From positions 1-64,000 of IMG/VR virus record IMGVR_UViG_3300030620_000005: a stretch of 64,000 bases of DNA; one strand, written 5' to 3'. Within the stretch, counting starts at the first letter, position 1. Every line of letters begins with the position of its first letter. Source of the DNA: a virus. Taxonomy: Duplodnaviria > Caudoviricetes. The position numbers and the translations under genes are program-made. Below are positions 45,724-54,764 of this stretch, in pieces. Under the pieces are notes generated by a model. The model searched no databases, had not been told where the DNA came from, and saw only the letters and a program-made list of their open reading frames with translations.

Positions 45724-46043
45724 TGCGGCTCTCCCCCTGGGCAGTACCACAGCCCAGTGACAGCCCCAGCGTCGCCTTCGGCGGTCTCCCATAGGTGCAC
45801 CCCGTGAGGCCGCTTCTGCTGGCCGCAGTGGCGCGCAGCGGGCTCCGTGCGGATTTCTGCCATCAGCTTCGCGGCATTCGCTTCTCCGACCAAGCGAATC
45901 AGAGTTGGTACCAGGCCGTCTCGTAGCGCATCGCGTCCGATCTCCAGTGCCACTTCGTCGCGGTGTGCGTCGATGAGGGCGTTCTTCTCCGTCGCCGATC
46001 GCATGTCCCAGATGTCGTCGAACAGCCTGTCGCGCGCGCTCAC
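45720..46043 (-). CDS. Hypothetical protein
   Basis: GTGA-coupled ORF. Confidence 0.55.
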   Translation of the reverse strand: MSARDRLFDDIWDMRSATEKNALIDAHRDEVALEIGRDALRDGLVPTLIRLVGEANAAKLMAEIRTEPAARHCGQQKRPHGVHLWETAEGDAGAVTGLWYCPGGEPQ

Positions 46044-46477
46044 CGTGGCGTCCCCTTCCACAAGATCTCGTTGTCGCCCTGAATACGGAGCTCCAGCGTC
46101 TTCCAGGGGCGGAGTCCGTAGTCGGCGTGGGCGGCTTTCGTCCCGTCGAGGTAGTGGAAGCTCTCGACGCACCAGAAGCTGACGTGGGTGGGGTCGGCGA
46201 ACGCGTGCCACGTCCCAGACAGGGCGTTGGGTACACGGATCTCGAACACGCCGCCGGGGCGGAGGACGCGGTGCGCTTCGTTCATCACCGCGATCCGGGC
46301 GTCTCCGGCGGGGATGTGTTCCATGACGTGGGAGGCGCGCATGGCCTCCACGGTGTGGTCGCCGGTGGGCCATGGCGTGTCTTGTGCGAGGCGCCGCCAT
46401 GGGCCGGTGCCGTGGTTGGGGTCGAGGTTGGTCCAGCCTGCTGGCAGGAGCTTCCCGCCACCGATCTCCAGTCTCAT
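46040..46477 (-). CDS. Class I SAM-dependent methyltransferase
   Basis: LEIGGG, SHVMEH, EAHRVLRPGG, DPTH. Confidence 0.88.
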   Translation of the reverse strand: MRLEIGGGKLLPAGWTNLDPNHGTGPWRRLAQDTPWPTGDHTVEAMRASHVMEHIPAGDARIAVMNEAHRVLRPGGVFEIRVPNALSGTWHAFADPTHVSFWCVESFHYLDGTKAAHADYGLRPWKTLELRIQGDNEILWKGTPR

Positions 46478-46752
46478 CCGACACGCTCCGGCCAGTGCCA
46501 CGTGCCGCCCTGCTTGCGCAGCTCGTCGTGGCACGCGTCGTTGAAGAACATGCCGCTCGGGTTCAGCACCGCAAGCGCCACCCACTCGGCTCCTTCGGCC
46601 TCGGTGTGTACCTCGGGGTCTGGGTGCGGGTTGTCGAGGCTGTAGACGGCGGCGACGATGGCTGCCCGGCACTGGGAGGTGTACTCGCCGCCCGGGGTGC
46701 CGTAGCTCTGATAGTGCACGATCCTGCCAACGCTCGGTACCTGCTCGCTCAT
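46474..46752 (-). CDS. Phage hypothetical protein
   Basis: PSVGRIVHY...CRAAIV...TWHWPER. Confidence 0.7.
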   Translation of the reverse strand: MSEQVPSVGRIVHYQSYGTPGGEYTSQCRAAIVAAVYSLDNPHPDPEVHTEAEGAEWVALAVLNPSGMFFNDACHDELRKQGGTWHWPERVG

Positions 46753-47189
46753 CAGTGCCTCACTTGTAGTCGTCGAGGTCGTAGTGCCCGCACTGCAAGC
46801 ACTGGTACTTGTGGTCTGCCGGGCGCGGGTGCGGCTTGTACCAGTCGTGGCCGTCGCCCTTCGGGCACACGCTGTGGTTCGCCGGGTCCGGGCAGTCGTC
46901 CAGCACCGAGCCGGGGCCGGGTGACCGCGCTGGTCTCCACGGTGACGGGGGCTGCTGTCCTTTCCAGTCCCGTGCACGGCGCCTGCGCTCCGCCTCCCCA
47001 GCAGCCCTGCTCACAGCAGTTCGACCGTCCACACCGTGTCCGCCGCGTCCGGAGGCAGCACGTGACCGACGTAGCCGTTCGCTTCTGTGCTCAGGCACAG
47101 GACGCCGAACTCGCCCGCCTCGACGCTGATCCCTTCGGCGCCCAGCTCGTTGAGGAGGGCCGCCAGCCGCTGCGTTGCTTCCTGCGGGG

Positions 47190-47843
47190 TCAATGCCGTC
47201 CGCTCCCCTCGTACTTCAGCCACGCGTTCGCCAAATGCTTCCCCGGCAGACTCGCGGGCTTCAGCTTCGCCTGCCGCAGCACGAACGGCTGCGACACCTG
47301 ATCCCGCGCCGACCCGCTCTCGACCTCACGCGCCCACGCTGCGCCCATCCGCCGCACTGCCGTCGTATGCCGGCGGGCGATCACACCCGACGCCCACAGC
47401 CCCCAGCCGGTGGGGTGCCCGGCCTCGCGGTAGCGCTTCGTCTGCCACGCCGCCACGCCGTCCGGGTCCTTGCCGAGTGCGGCGATCTCGATCGCCTCGT
47501 CGTACAGGCACGACCGCCACGGGTGCTCGAACTGCGCGATCGGCTTCGCCAGAGCGAGCGCCTCAACCGCAAAGTCCGAGGAGACGACACGGAACGACGC
47601 GTCGATCCAGACCGAAGCCGCAGCGTCCGTGTACTTCCACGGCTCGAACTTCGCCACCTTCGCCGCACGCACCGGCAGCACATCCGGCTGAGGCTCCACC
47701 ACCACACGCCAGCCCTTGGCGTCCACAGGCTCCGCGTCGGTGACGAACACCCAGTCCACCTCGACGCCAGCCTGCGCCAGCACCGGCTTCACCGGGTCGT
47801 AGGCGTCGTAGCACGCGGTCACAATCGCGATATCAGCGGGCAT
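47190..47843 (-). CDS. DUF616-like glycosyltransferase
   Basis: IVTACYDAYD, VFVTD, SVWIDAS, HPWRSCLYDE, RDQVS. Confidence 0.8.
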   Translation of the reverse strand: MPADIAIVTACYDAYDPVKPVLAQAGVEVDWVFVTDAEPVDAKGWRVVVEPQPDVLPVRAAKVAKFEPWKYTDAAASVWIDASFRVVSSDFAVEALALAKPIAQFEHPWRSCLYDEAIEIAALGKDPDGVAAWQTKRYREAGHPTGWGLWASGVIARRHTTAVRRMGAAWAREVESGSARDQVSQPFVLRQAKLKPASLPGKHLANAWLKYEGSGRH

Positions 47844-48648
47844 CGCGGTACCACCTCACAGTCTCGGCAATCCGGTCCCAGTCCAACTCCGGCTTCCAGT
47901 CCAGCCGGTCCCAGCCCTCACCGCCTGCGGTGATCTGCACCGGCACCTCACCCGCACGCATCGGCAGATGCTCCACACCCGCGCGGCTGCCGGTTTCCCT
48001 CAGGACGAACTCCGCGAGCTCGTTCACGGTGACCGCAGTCCCGGTGCCCGCGTCGAACGTCTCGTCATCCCCGAACGCCGTGGCCTCAACGAGCATGCGC
48101 CCGACGTCGTCGGCGTGGACGAGGTCCATGGCCTGCTCGCCGTCACCCCAGATCGGCAGCGGCCGGTTCTCCCACGCGGCGCGGGCGAAGGTGGGGAGGA
48201 TCTTCTGCGGATGGCCCGGCCCGTAGTGCTGGTAGGGGCCGTAGCCGTTGAACGCGCGGACCGTCGACACCGGGAGCCCGTACGCGTGGTGCCAGGCGGT
48301 GGTCAGCCTGCGGGCGGCGACCTTCGTCGCGGTGTACACGCTCGGGAACGGATCCGGCATGCTGATGCCGACGTAGCGGGCGTCATGATCCCGGCACCAC
48401 TCCAACACCCGGAGGGTGCCGATGACGTTGACGTGGATGGCGGTCTCCGCCATGTCGAACAACTCGCTGGTGCCGAGGACGCCGGCGAGGTGAATCACCG
48501 TGTCCGCGTCGCCGAGCGCGTCCAGCGAGCCGAGGACGTCCAGGCCCTGCGTACGGTCGAACGCCCACACCTCATGCCCCGCGGCTTCGGCGGCTTGAAT
48601 GGTGGCGCGGCCGAAGAAGCCTGCACCACCTGTTACTGCGATCTTCAA
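47833..48648 (-). CDS. NAD-dependent nucleotide-sugar epimerase/dehydratase
   Basis: VTGGAGFFG, HLAG, YTATK, FNGYGP; AAGGAG RBS before TTG. Confidence 0.9.
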   Translation of the reverse strand: MKIAVTGGAGFFGRATIQAAEAAGHEVWAFDRTQGLDVLGSLDALGDADTVIHLAGVLGTSELFDMAETAIHVNVIGTLRVLEWCRDHDARYVGISMPDPFPSVYTATKVAARRLTTAWHHAYGLPVSTVRAFNGYGPYQHYGPGHPQKILPTFARAAWENRPLPIWGDGEQAMDLVHADDVGRMLVEATAFGDDETFDAGTGTAVTVNELAEFVLRETGSRAGVEHLPMRAGEVPVQITAGGEGWDRLDWKPELDWDRIAETVRWYRDAR

Positions 48649-48665
48649 CGGTTTCTCCTTGCTGG

Positions 48666-49343
48666 TCACCACGGCCTCTTCCCCCACTTCTTGCCGAACG
48701 TCTCCATGTCGCGTCCGGCTTGCGTCTGAAGCTCGGGGCGCTCGTACATCGAGCCGTTGGGGCACCGGTGCTCAACCGCCAGGCCCGGGACGAGGAGCGC
48801 ACCGCCCCGCTCGCGTGCAACCCAGTCGATGTCGTCGTCACTCGCCCACCAGGCCATCGACTCGTCGAGACGGAGCCCGGCCTCACCGCGGAGCAGGTAG
48901 GCGTAGCCGGTGATCCGTGTCCGCAGGTCCACCGGTTCGGCCTTCGTGTGGAGGATCTGCCGTCGGCCGCCGTGCTGGTCTGGGTAGGCGAGCACCGCGG
49001 TGGTGGAGCGCATCGCCGTGGACAGGCCGTCGATCCAACCAGCGGGGACGGTGACGTCGGAGTTGAGGACGGCGATGTCCCACCGGTCGGCGCCGTGGCT
49101 GTATGCGGTCAGGTCTGAGTTGGCGAGCCCGATGTTCCACAGCAGGCTGATGTTCGGTGGGTCGATTGGCGCCCACACCACATGCACCTTGCCGTGCCAC
49201 GGCTCGGGGTCGATGCGCGGGTCGGAGAGGTTGTCGATGACGGTGACCTGGTCGACCTGGTCGACGACGGAGTTGATGCAGTCGGCGAGCATGTCGTGCC
49301 GGTTCCGCGTCGGGATCACCGCGGCCCGGAACAGGTCACCCAT
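48666..49343 (-). CDS. GT2-like glycosyltransferase
   Basis: AVIPTRNR, VIDN, WNIGL, VLNSD, SDDD. Confidence 0.8.
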   Translation of the reverse strand: MGDLFRAAVIPTRNRHDMLADCINSVVDQVDQVTVIDNLSDPRIDPEPWHGKVHVVWAPIDPPNISLLWNIGLANSDLTAYSHGADRWDIAVLNSDVTVPAGWIDGLSTAMRSTTAVLAYPDQHGGRRQILHTKAEPVDLRTRITGYAYLLRGEAGLRLDESMAWWASDDDIDWVARERGGALLVPGLAVEHRCPNGSMYERPELQTQAGRDMETFGKKWGKRPW

Positions 49344-49563
49344 CGGTCGACTCCCGCAAGGATGCGCGCAGTACGTCGCCGATCTCCAGCAGGGCGTGTA
49401 CAACGGCAGCGGTGGCGATGGCTTGGGCTTTCGCCGAGTGCGCCAGCATGACGTCGGTCCTGACTTCGCCAATGGGGATCTCGTTGAGGGCGGAAGCGAC
49501 GCCGTCTAGGCATCCCTTGGCGGACTTCCGGTGGGGCCCCTCTCCGGGGGCTGAGGCGCTCAC
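49336..49563 (-). CDS. Hypothetical protein
   Basis: GTGA-coupled ORF. Confidence 0.45.
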   Translation of the reverse strand: MSASAPGEGPHRKSAKGCLDGVASALNEIPIGEVRTDVMLAHSAKAQAIATAAVVHALLEIGDVLRASLRESTDG

Positions 49564-50582
49564 GCGGCGAGCCACTGCGGGTTGTCGGCGTACCACTTCA
49601 CGATGTCCGTCAGCGTGTCGTCCAGCGGCCGCGGACCAGGCCACCCAAGCCCGGCGAGCTTCGACCCGTCGAGCGCGTAACGGTGGTCGTGTCCCGGCCG
49701 TTGCCCGTGGTAATCGACGAGCTCGTAGTCGAGGGTGCGGCCAGCCGCGGCGGCCATGCGCTGGGCGACGTCGAGGTTGGTCGCCTCCTCACCGACGATG
49801 TTGTAGCGCAGCGGGCCGGTGGGCATCGTCGGGTAGTACGTCAGCCGCTCGTCGCCGTCGAAGTGCTCGGTGAGCCACAGCCACGCGTTGGCGAAGTCGC
49901 GGGCGTCGACCCAGCAGCGGGAGCCTGAGACGCCGTCGGGGCTGGCGTGGACAGTGAGCTTCTCCCCGCGGTAGATGGCGCGGGCGATCTTCGGAATGAA
50001 CTTCTCCGCAGCCTGCGGGGCAGGGGAAAGGAGATTCATAGTGTTGGTGACCAGCAAAGGAATCCCGAGTGCGCGCCAGTACGAGTAGGCGATTGCCTCC
50101 TGCGCCGCCTTCGACGCGGCGTACGGATTGGAGGGGCGGATGCTGTCCCACTCGTGATGCCGGTAGCCCTCGGCAGCCGGCCCGAACACCTCGTCGGTCG
50201 ACATCTGCAGGAACATCCGCGGCTTCGCCACGCGCGCGTACTCCAGCATGTTCAGCATGAGCTCGACGTTGTTCCGCACGAACGACACCGGGTCGGTGAG
50301 GGAGCGGTCGACGTGGGACTCGGAGGCGATGTTCCACACGTAGTCGATCGGGCCGATCTGCTCGGCGAGGATCGGCGTGATCGGAAGCGCCAGGTCGTGG
50401 GCGATGACGTCGACCCGGTTGCGGGCGTCGGGCTGTGCGTCGAGGACGGCGTTGATGCGGGCGCCGTCGCCGTGGTGCCGGTACGACACCGGACACGTCA
50501 CATGCCAGTCCGTGTTCGCGAGGACGTGGGCGAGGACGGTCGAGCCGACGAACCCGGACGCCCCGCTCAGAAGAATGCGCAT
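49560..50582 (-). CDS. dTDP-glucose 4,6-dehydratase-like protein (RmlB family)
   Basis: SGASGFVG, ASESHVDRS, STDEVFG, PSNPYAASK, RPGHDHRYALD. Confidence 0.88.
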   Translation of the reverse strand: MRILLSGASGFVGSTVLAHVLANTDWHVTCPVSYRHHGDGARINAVLDAQPDARNRVDVIAHDLALPITPILAEQIGPIDYVWNIASESHVDRSLTDPVSFVRNNVELMLNMLEYARVAKPRMFLQMSTDEVFGPAAEGYRHHEWDSIRPSNPYAASKAAQEAIAYSYWRALGIPLLVTNTMNLLSPAPQAAEKFIPKIARAIYRGEKLTVHASPDGVSGSRCWVDARDFANAWLWLTEHFDGDERLTYYPTMPTGPLRYNIVGEEATNLDVAQRMAAAAGRTLDYELVDYHGQRPGHDHRYALDGSKLAGLGWPGPRPLDDTLTDIVKWYADNPQWLAA

Positions 50583-50589
50583 GCGCGGG

Positions 50590-50622
50590 ATGGTGCCAGC
50601 GGATCCGCGATGGTCATTCCGG
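50590..50622 (-). promoter_or_regulatory. Late promoter motif before the sugar operon (leaderless)
   Basis: CCGGAATGACC-N16-CACCAT-N7-ATG. Confidence 0.7.
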
Positions 50623-50663
50623 ACGTCGGCGAAGGGCAGCAGGGCTGGCGCCCCGAGGTGCCG

Positions 50664-51203
50664 TCAGCCCGCCTCCAGCAGGCGCCCTTGCGCCGCCTCC
50701 AGTGCTGCAACGCGCTGCTCGTGCGGCAAGTCGAGAGCATCGAGGGCAGCGCCGAGCGCGTTCGCCACCAACTCGCCTTCGAGATCCAGGCGTCGTTCCA
50801 AGGCCACCATCACTCCAGCGTCTACAGCCTGTTTCGCCGTGCTCGCGGCGAGCTTGCGTTCCTCACGGGACTGGGCGAGCCACGGCTGTAGCGCCTTGGG
50901 CGGCTGAAGCGGATCCCCGCCGCCGGCAACATGCTCGCGCAACTGCTGAAAAATGATGTTGTCGGTCCATGCCGCGCGGGCTGCGGCCGCGCGTACAAGG
51001 CCGAGCAGCGCCTCATGCGGGGTGACGTTCCGTTCGGCTGCGAGTTCTTGTGCCATGGCCCATGCCTCCTCAACGTGCTTCTGCCCGCCGCGGTGCCAGA
51101 TGCAGGTTCCGTACCCGGGATGCGTGGTTCCTTGTCCGGCGGGTTTGTCGCACATGCGGCCGTTCAGGTTGCGGGCGGGGCACCGCGCCGGGTAGGCGGT
51201 CAT
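50664..51203 (-). CDS. Probable terminase small subunit
   Basis: N-terminal C...C...CIWHRGG motif, helical C-terminus, first late-promoter gene upstream of terL. Confidence 0.6.
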   Translation of the reverse strand: MTAYPARCPARNLNGRMCDKPAGQGTTHPGYGTCIWHRGGQKHVEEAWAMAQELAAERNVTPHEALLGLVRAAAARAAWTDNIIFQQLREHVAGGGDPLQPPKALQPWLAQSREERKLAASTAKQAVDAGVMVALERRLDLEGELVANALGAALDALDLPHEQRVAALEAAQGRLLEAG

Positions 51204-51210
51204 AGGGGTG

Positions 51211-51243
51211 ATTGTGGCCCGGCGCGCGGTGGTGATCTTCCGG
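51211..51243 (-). promoter_or_regulatory. Late promoter motif (leaderless)
   Basis: CCGGAA-N21-CACAAT-N7-ATG. Confidence 0.65.
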
Positions 51244-51307
51244 GCGCATACGGAGGCCCGGCCACGCACGGGGCGTGAGCCGGGCCAGTCGGCGGTTGCG
51301 GGGCTGG

Positions 51308-51949
51308 TCAGGACACGGCGACGCGCACCGAGTCACCGAGCCAACTGTCCGTGTAGGTCACGTACTCCGGCGTGAATTTGCCTTCGCCTGTGATGCTGCC
51401 GGAGACGTTCTCGCCCGGGGCCAGCTTCACGGTGTCGATCTGGTTCTCGTCGGCCGCGAGCTTGTGGGAGTGCTTCGTTCCCTTGCTGTCGGTGATTGCG
51501 AAGTACAGCGGGTTGACGCTGATCGTGTCGTCGCTGTTGTTCGTGACGGTCACCTTGACGCTGGTGTAGTTGCTGCCGTCGGCGAGGATGCTCGGGGCGA
51601 ACGCCGTCTCCTTCGCGGTGACCTTGACGGGCGGGTCTGGCTCGGGCTCCTCTTCGGCGGGCTCCTCCTGCTCCGCCTCAGCCTCAGCCTCAGTGTCCTC
51701 GTCGGCGCCGTTGTCCTTGGCGGTGGCGCCGGAGCTGACCGTGCTGCCCTTACTGCTGCTGTCGTCGGAGCCGCCGCCGAGGGCAGCACCGATGATGCCG
51801 ATGATGACGAGCAGTGCGAAGACGCCGGCGCAGCCGAGGCCGATGGTCTTCCCGGTGCTGTTCTTCTTCGGCGGGGGTGGTGGGGGTGTGCCCCATCCGG
51901 GTTGTTGTGGTCCGCCCCATCCGGGTTGCTGCGGGTATTGCTGGCTCAA
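51308..51949 (-). CDS. DUF4352-like membrane-anchored protein
   Basis: Pro-rich N-terminus, one TM, VKVTVTN...VNPLYF...LAPGE Ig-like domain. Confidence 0.75.
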   Translation of the reverse strand: MSQQYPQQPGWGGPQQPGWGTPPPPPPKKNSTGKTIGLGCAGVFALLVIIGIIGAALGGGSDDSSSKGSTVSSGATAKDNGADEDTEAEAEAEQEEPAEEEPEPDPPVKVTAKETAFAPSILADGSNYTSVKVTVTNNSDDTISVNPLYFAITDSKGTKHSHKLAADENQIDTVKLAPGENVSGSITGEGKFTPEYVTYTDSWLGDSVRVAVS

Positions 51950-52106
51950 GGTTCCCCCCTTGTAGCGGTGTGCGTGAGATGGGGGACGTTATCCGATGTA
52001 GGTGGGGTGTGAAGGGGTGGGGTGTTTCTGTTACCGGGCTGGAGCGAATCGGTGAAGACGAAAGGGCCCGCTCCCGGGTGGGGGCGGGCCTTCGGCGTGC
52101 GCGGGG

Positions 52107-52370
52107 TCAGGCGTCGTAGACGCATCCCTCGTGCGGGAAGTTGCACGGCCTGGGGTGCGACTTGGAGGCGTCGCGGACGGCGATGATGGCGCCGATCTCG
52201 TCCATGCTGAGGCCCTTGACGAGGCGGTAGCTCTCGCGCCAGTAGTCGGCCTCCATGTACTGGGCGTCGTTGTCGGCGAGGAGGGTTGTGGCGATCTCGC
52301 GGAGTTCGTCCATGTCGAGGCCTGGTGTGGTGAGGCGGGCGCGGATCGCGTCGATCTGCTCGTTCGTCAT
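52107..52370 (-). CDS. Hypothetical protein
   Basis: ORF ahead of a stem-loop. Confidence 0.55.
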   Translation of the reverse strand: MTNEQIDAIRARLTTPGLDMDELREIATTLLADNDAQYMEADYWRESYRLVKGLSMDEIGAIIAVRDASKSHPRPCNFPHEGCVYDA

Positions 52371-52471
52371 GGGGCTGCTGCTGGGCATCAGGGGCTCCTG
52401 TCGGCGGCGGGTTGGGCGTATGGCGGGGGTCAGGCGGGGCGCCCCGTCTCGGGCGCCCCGCGGAGTCCTGG

Positions 52472-52906
52472 TCAGCTCTCCCAGCCTCGGGCGACGTCCC
52501 GGGCGCGGCGGAGCGCGGACGCGAGCGGCATGCGCTGCGCCTCCGGGATGTGCATGCTCACGGTGACGTCCCGGACTGCCGAGTCGTAGCGGACATCAGT
52601 AACGGTCAGGACCATGCCGCCTTCGACTGGGGCCACGGTGAGCTCGTCGTCCAACGCGGTGGCGTGCTCCCATACGGTGCGGGTGTCGAGGGCGTGGAGC
52701 AGGCTGACCATGTAGGTCGTGGTGATGCCGATCTCCGCAGTCTGCGCGTGGCTTGCGGTGATGCGGACCATGATCTCGGCGTAGCCGCGGGCTTCGCGGA
52801 GGCCGGCGGGGATGACGCGCAGGGTGGTGGCGTCGGGGGTGGTGTGCTCCCAGGGTTGGGGGGTGAGTTCGGCGATGACCTGGTTGAGGGCGGTGTGGAA
52901 GTCCAC
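52472..52906 (-). CDS. Hypothetical protein
   Basis: AAGGAG RBS, 144 aa. Confidence 0.65.
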   Translation of the reverse strand: MDFHTALNQVIAELTPQPWEHTTPDATTLRVIPAGLREARGYAEIMVRITASHAQTAEIGITTTYMVSLLHALDTRTVWEHATALDDELTVAPVEGGMVLTVTDVRYDSAVRDVTVSMHIPEAQRMPLASALRRARDVARGWES

Positions 52907-52924
52907 GGGGGTTCTCCTTCGGGT

Positions 52925-53134
52925 TCAGGCGGGTGTGATGGAGTGGGCGCGGACGCAGGACGCGACGGTCCGCCCGGTGTCGTCTGCGAGTTGGAAGCGG
53001 ACGGCGCCGTCGCCGAGGTTGCCGCAGTTCAGGCACGTGCAGGGGTAGGTGCGGTGGGTGCCGTGGAGATCAGTGAGGGTGCCGTGGTAGCGGACGCGGG
53101 TGCCGGGTTCCCAGCGGATCAGCGGGTTCAGCAT
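52925..53134 (-). CDS. Small hypothetical protein, paralog 2
   Basis: YHG, CTC, RFQLAD, TGRT, VRAHSITP. Confidence 0.65.
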   Translation of the reverse strand: MLNPLIRWEPGTRVRYHGTLTDLHGTHRTYPCTCLNCGNLGDGAVRFQLADDTGRTVASCVRAHSITPA

Positions 53135-53152
53135 GGCGGCGTTCCGATCCGG

Positions 53153-53356
53153 TCAGGTAGGGGTGAGTGAGGTGGGTCGGACGTGCCATGCCGCGGTGCG
53201 GCCGGTGTCGGGGTCGGTGAGTTTGAAGCGTGGCTGGTCGATGGCGTGGGCGCGGCGGCAGGAGCAGAGCCACGCGCGGTAGGTGCGGCCGCGCTGGTGG
53301 GTGATGCTGCCGTGGTAGGTGACGGGCTGGCCCTCGGTGTACGGGTAGGTGAGCAC
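53153..53356 (-). CDS. Small hypothetical protein, paralog 1
   Basis: YHG, CSC, RFKLTD, TGRT, VRPTSLTP. Confidence 0.65.
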   Translation of the reverse strand: MLTYPYTEGQPVTYHGSITHQRGRTYRAWLCSCRRAHAIDQPRFKLTDPDTGRTAAWHVRPTSLTPT

Positions 53357-53368
53357 GAGCGGGGCTCC

Positions 53369-53755
53369 TCAGGCGGCGAGTGCGGTGGCGAGCCAGAGGA
53401 CGGCGATGAGGACCGGCTGTCCGCTGGCGTAGGCCGCTGCGGTGAGCTCGCGCACGGGGGCATCGATCGTGGCGAGGACGGCGCGGGCGGTGTCGGGCAG
53501 GTGCTCGTCGGCGGGGTGGCAGGCGATACCGAGCATGCGGGCGAAGGTGTCGCCCTGGCGCATGCGGTAGGCGTCGGCGTGGTTGGCGCGGTCGTCGATG
53601 ATCGGCTGGTTGTAGCCGACGGGGAGGCGGCGGCGGTCGATCTGGGAGAGGTAGTTGTCGGCGGCGGCCTGGATGATGCGGCGGCGGCCTGGGGTGGTGT
53701 GGGTGAGGGCGGTGAGGGCGTGGCGGGTTTGGCGGGTTTGGGTGGGGGTGGTCAT
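53369..53755 (-). CDS. Hypothetical protein
   Basis: AAGGAG RBS. Confidence 0.6.
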   Translation of the reverse strand: MTTPTQTRQTRHALTALTHTTPGRRRIIQAAADNYLSQIDRRRLPVGYNQPIIDDRANHADAYRMRQGDTFARMLGIACHPADEHLPDTARAVLATIDAPVRELTAAAYASGQPVLIAVLWLATALAA

Positions 53756-53813
53756 CGGGGTCTCCTTGCGGGCCGTGCTGGCCTGGGTCGTCTGCTGCGC
53801 CGTGGAGTTGGTC

Positions 53814-54197
53814 TCAGGCGGCCTCCGCGTAGCGGGAGGCGAGCAGGTGCTGCGTGCCCTTGTAGCTGTAGAGGCCCTCGTACAGCGCCTCGTCGACGAC
53901 CCCGTAGGCGTAGACGTGAATCCAACGGCCGGTGGTGCGGTGCTGCGTCCAGACCTTGACGGTGTCGCCGCCGTTCGCCGCGCGGTAGGCCTTCGCCACG
54001 TGCCGGCCGAACCAGCTCTTCACGCCGTCCTTCAGATCTCCGCCGCCGACCCGCTCCAGGAAGTCGCCGGTCCGCACGAGCCGGCCGGCTTCGACGGCTG
54101 CGGCGATGTGGCCGGAGAGGGTGCGGTAGCCGAGGGCCTTGGTGGTGCGGACCGCGGTGCGGAGGGTGTTGCGGCGGGTGCGGGTCTTGGCGTTCAT
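53814..54197 (-). CDS. Hypothetical protein
   Basis: First gene behind a consensus promoter. Confidence 0.65.
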   Translation of the reverse strand: MNAKTRTRRNTLRTAVRTTKALGYRTLSGHIAAAVEAGRLVRTGDFLERVGGGDLKDGVKSWFGRHVAKAYRAANGGDTVKVWTQHRTTGRWIHVYAYGVVDEALYEGLYSYKGTQHLLASRYAEAA

Positions 54198-54228
54198 CTC
54201 GGGGTCCCCTCGTTGCGGTGATACCTAC

Positions 54229-54272
54229 ATGGTAGGCCTACCGCATTACGCATGTCAACTAGACTAGGCCTA
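54229..54272 (-). promoter_or_regulatory. Consensus sigma70-type promoter with two TAGGCCTA operators
   Basis: TTGACA-N18-TACCAT; palindromes at 54233 and 54265. Confidence 0.75.
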
Positions 54273-54294
54273 TCCAATGAGGCAAACTGGGGGT

Positions 54295-54528
54295 ATGCCC
54301 ACCACCGCCGAACTCACAGCCATCCGTACCCGCTACGAGGAAGCCGTCGCCGCCGCCGAAGCCGAACGCACCGCCGCCGTGAAGGCGGCCCTCGCCGCTG
54401 GCACCCCGCAGAAGGACCTCGTCGACGCCACCGGCTACACGCGCGAAACTCTGCGCCGGATCGCCAACCCCGAGGCAGCCGAGGCCATCCGCAACGCCCG
54501 CCGGACGAAGAAGGAGCAGACCGCATGA
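54295..54528 (+). CDS. Small HTH regulator
   Basis: AALAAGTPQKDLVDATGYTRETLRRI. Confidence 0.8.
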   Translation: MPTTAELTAIRTRYEEAVAAAEAERTAAVKAALAAGTPQKDLVDATGYTRETLRRIANPEAAEAIRNARRTKKEQTA

Positions 54529-54764
54529 GCTACCGCCCGTACCCCAACCCGACCCGCGCCCGTCACCAGATCGAGCGCCACGACGACGAGACCCCTCCGC
54601 TGCCGGACGGTTCGGGGCGTCCGCTCTCGCCGTTCGAGCAGCACGTCATGGCGGGCGTGGAGGGTATGGGTGAAGCGCTGCGCCCGCAGTTGGAAGCGAT
54701 GGGCAGGTCCCTGCTCGCCGCGTTCCGGCCGCGCCCGGCGAGCAGCGAGGAGAAGACCGCATGA
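54525..54764 (+). CDS. Hypothetical protein
   Basis: ATGA-coupled, MSYRPYPN... Confidence 0.65.
   Translation: MSYRPYPNPTRARHQIERHDDETPPLPDGSGRPLSPFEQHVMAGVEGMGEALRPQLEAMGRSLLAAFRPRPASSEEKTA

Noticed and set aside
46760-47223. Small ORFs at 46760-46912 and 47011-47223
   Set aside because: Possibly real but short, with uncertain starts and no motif, so not annotated
51880-51935. Short tandem repeat CCCCATCCGGGTTG
   Set aside because: Simply encodes the QQPGWG peptide repeat of a membrane protein N-terminus
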